Source: a virus (taxonomy: Duplodnaviria; Heunggongvirae; Uroviricota; Caudoviricetes). From it: a stretch of 9,304 nt of DNA. Shown here one piece after another: positions 5,510 through 9,304 of the stretch. Positions within the stretch are counted from its first letter, which is position 1. The number at the start of each line of letters is the position of its first letter. The position numbers were made by a program, and so were the translations under genes. Below the pieces are notes generated by a model. It saw only the letters and a list, made by a program, of their open reading frames with translations. It did no database searches and was not told where the DNA came from. The DNA lies in the IMG/VR virus record IMGVR_UViG_2671180603_000009, positions 1-9,304 of that record; one strand, given 5' to 3'.

Positions 5510-5773
5510 ATGAATCTTGGAGAATATTTGCATCATTTTCATATAACCCAGAGTTCATTTGCTGAGATTGTTGGCGCATCCCAAGGGATGGTCAGCCACG
5601 TTATAACGGGGCGTGCAAAACTTACAGGAGAAAAAATATTACGTTGGTGTGAAGCAACGGGATGGGTGGTGACCCCACATGAGATTGACAGTAAAACCTA
5701 CCCCAACCCAACTGACGGCTTGCCTGCTGAGTTTCAGGCTAACACACAACCATCGGCGGGGGTTGATTCATGA
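5510..5773 (+). CDS. Cro-like / YdaS-family HTH protein (87 aa)
   Basis: ATG 5510 (MNLGEYL...); ORF track start 5483 is a TTG. HTH-like TQSSFAEIVGASQGMVSHVITGRAK; first rightward gene divergent from the repressor; stop overlaps next gene (ATGA at 5770-5773). Confidence 0.7.
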   Translation: MNLGEYLHHFHITQSSFAEIVGASQGMVSHVITGRAKLTGEKILRWCEATGWVVTPHEIDSKTYPNPTDGLPAEFQANTQPSAGVDS

Positions 5774-6195
5774 AAATCAAGCATGAACACATCCGCATGG
5801 CGATGAAAGCCTGGGCGCATCCGGACGGTGAAAAAGTTCCGGCAGCTGAAATAACCAGGGTTTATTTCGAACTGGGAATGACGTTTCCGGTTCTGCATAA
5901 CGACAGCAAGCACAACACGCTTTATCTCAACACCCAAAAGATTTTCCGTTGGCTGGATAAAGACACCCCTGACGCTGTTGAAAAAATTCAGGCGTTGTTA
6001 CCTGCGATCGAAAGGGCAATGCCACCTCCGCTGGTGGCTCGAATGCGCAGCCACAGTTCAGCTTATTTTCGGGAACTGGTGGAGACGCATGAACGACTGG
6101 TGAGAGACGCTGATGATTTTGTCGCAGTGGCAATCGCCGGTTTCAATCAGATGAACCGTGGTGGCCCGGCAGGAAATGCTGTGGCAGTACATTGA
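5770..6195 (+). CDS. YdaT-like protein (141 aa)
   Basis: N-terminus MKIKHEHI... and position directly after the Cro-like gene match my recollection of Rac prophage YdaT-family proteins; translationally coupled to the upstream gene. Confidence 0.7.
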   Translation: MKIKHEHIRMAMKAWAHPDGEKVPAAEITRVYFELGMTFPVLHNDSKHNTLYLNTQKIFRWLDKDTPDAVEKIQALLPAIERAMPPPLVARMRSHSSAYFRELVETHERLVRDADDFVAVAIAGFNQMNRGGPAGNAVAVH

Positions 6196-6266
6196 CTGAC
6201 AATAGCCATATCGAATCGCTCCCGGCAACTCGTGAGTAAAAAGATTCGGTATCAGAAGAGGTGAGT

Positions 6267-7331
6267 ATGGCTAACGCCTGGCTCAGATTATGGCATGACA
6301 TGCCAAATGACCCTAAGTGGCGAACAATTGCCAGGGTGTCAGGGCAGCCAATTGCAACAGTGATGGCAGTGTATATCCACCTCCTGGTGAGCGCGTCACG
6401 AAATGTCACGCGAGGTCACATTGATGTCACGACAGAAGATTTGGCAAGTGCGCTCGACGTGACAGAAGAGGTAATTGATTCAATTTTGCAGACGATGCAG
6501 GGGCGGGTACTTGATGGTGATTTAATCACTGGATGGGAAAAACGCCAGGTGCTTAAAGAGGACAACGGCAATATTTCGCAAACCGCAAAATCTCCTGCAG
6601 AGCGCAAGAGGGCGCAGCGAGAGAGGGAAAGAAAGCGGGAACAAAATGGCGATTGTCACGGCGCGTCACGAAATGTCACGCACATGTCACGACGAGTCAC
6701 GACAGATACAGATAAAGATACAGATAAAGAAGATCAAAACACTATGGTCCATGGCGTAAAAAACGCCACGAACCAGGCAGGGGATGTTCAGACCGTCAAT
6801 CCTGGTCAGCCAGCAGGCTCGACACCGGAAGCCGATTCAGCGTATGCGCTGAAAGCCGATTCGGGCGCTGTGCAGCAGGTGATGACCGCAAGGCCGGAGC
6901 AATCACTCCAACTGCAGCAGCCTGAAGCCGATTCCGCCATTCAGCGGGAAGCCGATCGGGTAGCCCCGGAAAACACCGGGCAGCCTGTGGGACGAGTGGA
7001 TTATCCGGATGTGTTCGAACAGGTCTGGCGGGAATACCCGTTGCGTGCCGGGGCAAACCCGAAGAAATCCGCATTCAGTGCCTGGAAGGCCAGATTGCGC
7101 GAGGGGGTGCCACCAGAGACCATGCTGGATGGTGTGAGGCGTTACGCGAGATACCTGGCGGCGACCGGGAAAGCGGGAACGGAATTTGTTCAGCGAGCGA
7201 CGACGTTTTTTGGGCCGGACCGGAATTTTGAAAACCCCTGGTTGCTCCCGGTAAGCGGCACGAACAACCAGCGTTGTGTGAATCATATTTCTGAACCGGA
7301 TACCGAAATTCCGCCGGGATTCAGGGGGTGA
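6267..7331 (+). CDS. phage replication initiator / replisome organizer (O-like, YdaU-type), 354 aa
   Basis: ATG 6267 preceded by AGAGGTGA; N-terminus MANAWLRLWHDMPNDPKWRTIA... is typical of prophage replication proteins as I recall them; iteron-like repeats lie inside the gene; followed 6 nt later by a DnaC-like gene. Confidence 0.8.
   Translation: MANAWLRLWHDMPNDPKWRTIARVSGQPIATVMAVYIHLLVSASRNVTRGHIDVTTEDLASALDVTEEVIDSILQTMQGRVLDGDLITGWEKRQVLKEDNGNISQTAKSPAERKRAQRERERKREQNGDCHGASRNVTHMSRRVTTDTDKDTDKEDQNTMVHGVKNATNQAGDVQTVNPGQPAGSTPEADSAYALKADSGAVQQVMTARPEQSLQLQQPEADSAIQREADRVAPENTGQPVGRVDYPDVFEQVWREYPLRAGANPKKSAFSAWKARLREGVPPETMLDGVRRYARYLAATGKAGTEFVQRATTFFGPDRNFENPWLLPVSGTNNQRCVNHISEPDTEIPPGFRG
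6388..6430. repeat. iteron cluster 1 (four GTCAC(G/A) repeats at ~10-bp spacing)
   Basis: GTCACG at 6392, 6402, 6423 and GTCACA at 6412; the 21-mer gcgcgtcacgaaatgtcacgc (6388-6408) is repeated exactly at 6661-6681. Confidence 0.6.
6654..6728. repeat. iteron cluster 2 (five GTCACG repeats) plus AT-rich 12-bp tandem repeat; candidate replication origin
   Basis: GTCACG at 6655, 6665, 6675, 6686, 6696 (spacing 10/10/11/10), then gatacagataaa x2 (6705-6728). Arrangement resembles phage lambda, whose origin lies inside gene O. Confidence 0.55.
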
Positions 7332-7337
7332 TGTGGC

Positions 7338-8084
7338 ATGAAAAACATTGCGGCAGCCGGGGTTCTTGAACGTATTCACAGACTTGCACCACAGGGGGCG
7401 GTTCCACCGTACCGGACGGTGGAGGAGTGGCGGGAATGGCAACTTGCTGAAGGACGAAAACGCAGCGAGGAGATTAACCGCCAGAATCGCCAGTTGCGGG
7501 TGGAAAAAATCCTGAATCGTTCGGGCATCCAGCCTCTGCACAGCAAATGCTCGTTTGCGAATTATCAGGTGCAGAACGACGGGCAAAAATACGCGCTGAG
7601 CCAGGCCAAATCCATAGCTGACGAACTGATGACCGGGTGCACGAATTTTGTGTTCAGCGGTAAAACCGGCACCGGGAAAAATCACCTTGCAGCGGCGATG
7701 GGTAACTGGCTGATGGCGAAGGGGCGCAGCGTGATTATCGTCACCGTGTCTGATGTCATGAGCGTGTTGCATGACAGCTACGACAACGGCAAATCCGGTG
7801 AAAAATTTTTACAGGAGCTTTGCGGGGTTGATTTGCTGGTCCTGGATGAAATAGGCATTCAGCGGGAGACGAAAAACGAGCAGGTGGTATTGCACCAGAT
7901 AATTGATCGCCGGACAGCATCACTGTGCAGTGTCGGGATGTTAACAAACCTGAATCATGCCGCAATGAGCACGCTTCTTGGTGAGAGGATTATGGACCGC
8001 ATGACCATGAACGGTTGTCGGTGGGTGACGTTTAACTGGGATAGCTGGCGTTCAAATGTCAGCTTTCCGGGAGTTGTGAAGTAA
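7338..8084 (+). CDS. DnaC/IstB-like AAA+ helicase loader (248 aa)
   Basis: Walker A GKTGTGKNHLAAA and Walker B LLVLDEIG visible in the translation; start 6 nt after the initiator stop. Confidence 0.85.
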   Translation: MKNIAAAGVLERIHRLAPQGAVPPYRTVEEWREWQLAEGRKRSEEINRQNRQLRVEKILNRSGIQPLHSKCSFANYQVQNDGQKYALSQAKSIADELMTGCTNFVFSGKTGTGKNHLAAAMGNWLMAKGRSVIIVTVSDVMSVLHDSYDNGKSGEKFLQELCGVDLLVLDEIGIQRETKNEQVVLHQIIDRRTASLCSVGMLTNLNHAAMSTLLGERIMDRMTMNGCRWVTFNWDSWRSNVSFPGVVK

Positions 8085-8105
8085 TTTTTGTTGGAGGATG
8101 TTTTA

Positions 8106-8831
8106 ATGGAAACTGTATTTGACGCACTGAAAGCACTGAAAAGAGCCTCTTCACATGTGGTGGCGTCCCGCCTTGGAATCAGCCGTGAAGATGCGGTCAA
8201 CGAACTGTGGAAACTGAAGCGCCGTGGTGAAGCGGATAACAAGGGTTCGATGTGGTGGCTGATTCAGGCTGGTGAAAGTGAACCAGTGTCACCGGTACCG
8301 AAAGTGACAGCGCAAATGCTGACTGAGGCGATTGAACAACATGGCCCACAAACGGCGGATGAGCTGGCACTGATGTTCGGGATTACCTCCCGCCGGGCGA
8401 ATTCATCGCTGGCCATGGCAATCAGCAAAGGGCGTCTGATTCGCGTGAATCAGGGCGGTAAATTTCGGTACTGCATACCGGGCGCTGATTTACCGGCAGA
8501 GCCGAAAGCCGCATCCATAGCGGAAACGGATGGTAAAGTCTTTCCTCAGCCAGCAGGTGTTGCGTTACCGGTACAGGAAGCTGCAACACAGGAAGAAATT
8601 AAAACAGAAACTGTGGCGGACATTGTGCAGTCGTTGCCATCGTTCACCGAAACGCAAGCGGATGACCTGGTTTTACCATCGCTGCATATGGCAAACCGCG
8701 AACTGCGTCGGGCGAAAAGTCATGTCCAGAAGTGGGAGCGTGTCTGCGCCGCGTTGCGGGAGCTGAACAAGCACCGGGATATTGTTCGACAGATTGTCGA
8801 TTCCTCCGGTCGTATTGTGTCGGAAAAGTGA
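8106..8831 (+). CDS. hypothetical prophage protein with two winged-helix-like repeats (241 aa)
   Basis: ATG 8106 preceded by GGAGGA; ORF track start 8088 is TTG. Two similar N-terminal segments ([10 protein letters not shown]...; [10 protein letters not shown]...), acidic linker, coiled-coil-like C-terminus. Family not verified. Confidence 0.6.
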   Translation: METVFDALKALKRASSHVVASRLGISREDAVNELWKLKRRGEADNKGSMWWLIQAGESEPVSPVPKVTAQMLTEAIEQHGPQTADELALMFGITSRRANSSLAMAISKGRLIRVNQGGKFRYCIPGADLPAEPKAASIAETDGKVFPQPAGVALPVQEAATQEEIKTETVADIVQSLPSFTETQADDLVLPSLHMANRELRRAKSHVQKWERVCAALRELNKHRDIVRQIVDSSGRIVSEK

Positions 8832-8846
8832 TTGCCGGGGGCGCTT

Positions 8847-9269
8847 ATGGCAAAAGTATTTACACAGGAAGAGCGGGAAAAAATTAAGGGGCAGGTTGTT
8901 GAACTCGTACGCCAGAGTGGGCGCGAGACGTTACGACAACTGGAAGCTAAAACCGGGGCGACAAGATATTTAATAAGCGTTCTCGCCAGAGAGCTGGTTG
9001 CCAGTGGGGATGTATACAACTCTGGCTACGGGTTATTCCCGTCTGAACAGGCTCGTAAGGACTGGCAAAACGCCCGCAAAAAACTCTCGAGGGCAAAGCT
9101 GAAGAAACCATCTGTGGTTGATCCGGACCTTATCTGGTCATTACCAGACGGAGAAATACGCCGCTACGACAGACATCAGAACATAATCTGTCGCGAGTGC
9201 CGGAAGAGTGAAGTTATGCAGCGTGTACCGGCTTTCTATCAGGGTGATTTTCAGGAGGCGGTACTGTGA
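8847..9269 (+). CDS. hypothetical protein (140 aa)
   Basis: ATG 8847 preceded by GGGGG at ~6 nt; ORF track start 8832 is TTG; basic, possibly DNA-binding; no family recognised. Confidence 0.55.
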   Translation: MAKVFTQEEREKIKGQVVELVRQSGRETLRQLEAKTGATRYLISVLARELVASGDVYNSGYGLFPSEQARKDWQNARKKLSRAKLKKPSVVDPDLIWSLPDGEIRRYDRHQNIICRECRKSEVMQRVPAFYQGDFQEAVL

Positions 9270-9304
9270 GTGAAATTAGCTATCAGGCTTCAATTACCGC
9301 TGGC

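Noticed and set aside
5220-5937. Minus-strand ORFs 5220-5402 and 5734-5937; alternative GTG/TTG starts at 5428 and 5483
   Set aside because: Internal or antisense to the repressor and Cro-like genes; the alternative starts lack RBS support and would lie upstream of the predicted promoters.
6388-6728. Whether the direct repeats are a CRISPR array or a mobile-element end
   Set aside because: Units are 6-7 bp at 10-bp phasing inside an intact ORF with no regular spacers and no cas or transposase genes nearby; iterons fit better.
6903-7772. 289-aa minus-strand ORF, plus smaller minus ORFs at 6143-6409, 6416-6607, 6796-7074, 7756-7965 and 7955-8242
   Set aside because: Antisense shadows across the GC-rich replication genes; Arg/Pro-rich translations with no RBS. 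The plus-strand initiator and DnaC-like genes have clear motifs.
8530-9019. ORFs 8530-8766 (+), 8782-8973 (+) and 8720-9019 (-)
   Set aside because: Out-of-frame or antisense overlaps of the better-supported genes 8106-8831 and 8847-9269; basic low-complexity translations.
9265-9304. Possible start of a further plus-strand gene (GTG at 9265 or 9269) running off the window
   Set aside because: Only about 36 nt available, two frames are open and no ATG; cannot be supported from this window.

Overview
This window reads as the early/immunity region of a lambdoid, Rac-like prophage from an Enterobacteriaceae genome. Genes at 161-5398 are all on the minus strand and genes at 5510-9269 on the plus strand, diverging from an operator-rich intergenic region (about 5399-5509). 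The right arm is a replication module: Cro-like YdaS-type HTH protein, YdaT-like protein, a replication initiator with iteron clusters inside its own coding sequence, a DnaC-like helicase loader and two hypothetical proteins. The left arm carries a non-SOS-type HTH repressor co-oriented with an antitoxin/ParE-toxin pair, an operator-controlled leftward promoter, three small hypothetical genes and an Rha-family regulator. Two tandem duplications stand out: a ~730-bp three-gene cassette (466-1197 vs 1279-2010) and a ~413-nt non-coding element upstream of rha (2317-2729 vs 2731-3143). The second shows compensatory base changes between copies and is my best candidate for an undescribed structured RNA. 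Both duplications coincide with N characters (1198-1211 and 2730), so copy number and junctions need verification. No tRNA, rRNA, CRISPR array, integrase or transposase was seen. All family assignments are from reading the translations and memory; no database search was run.
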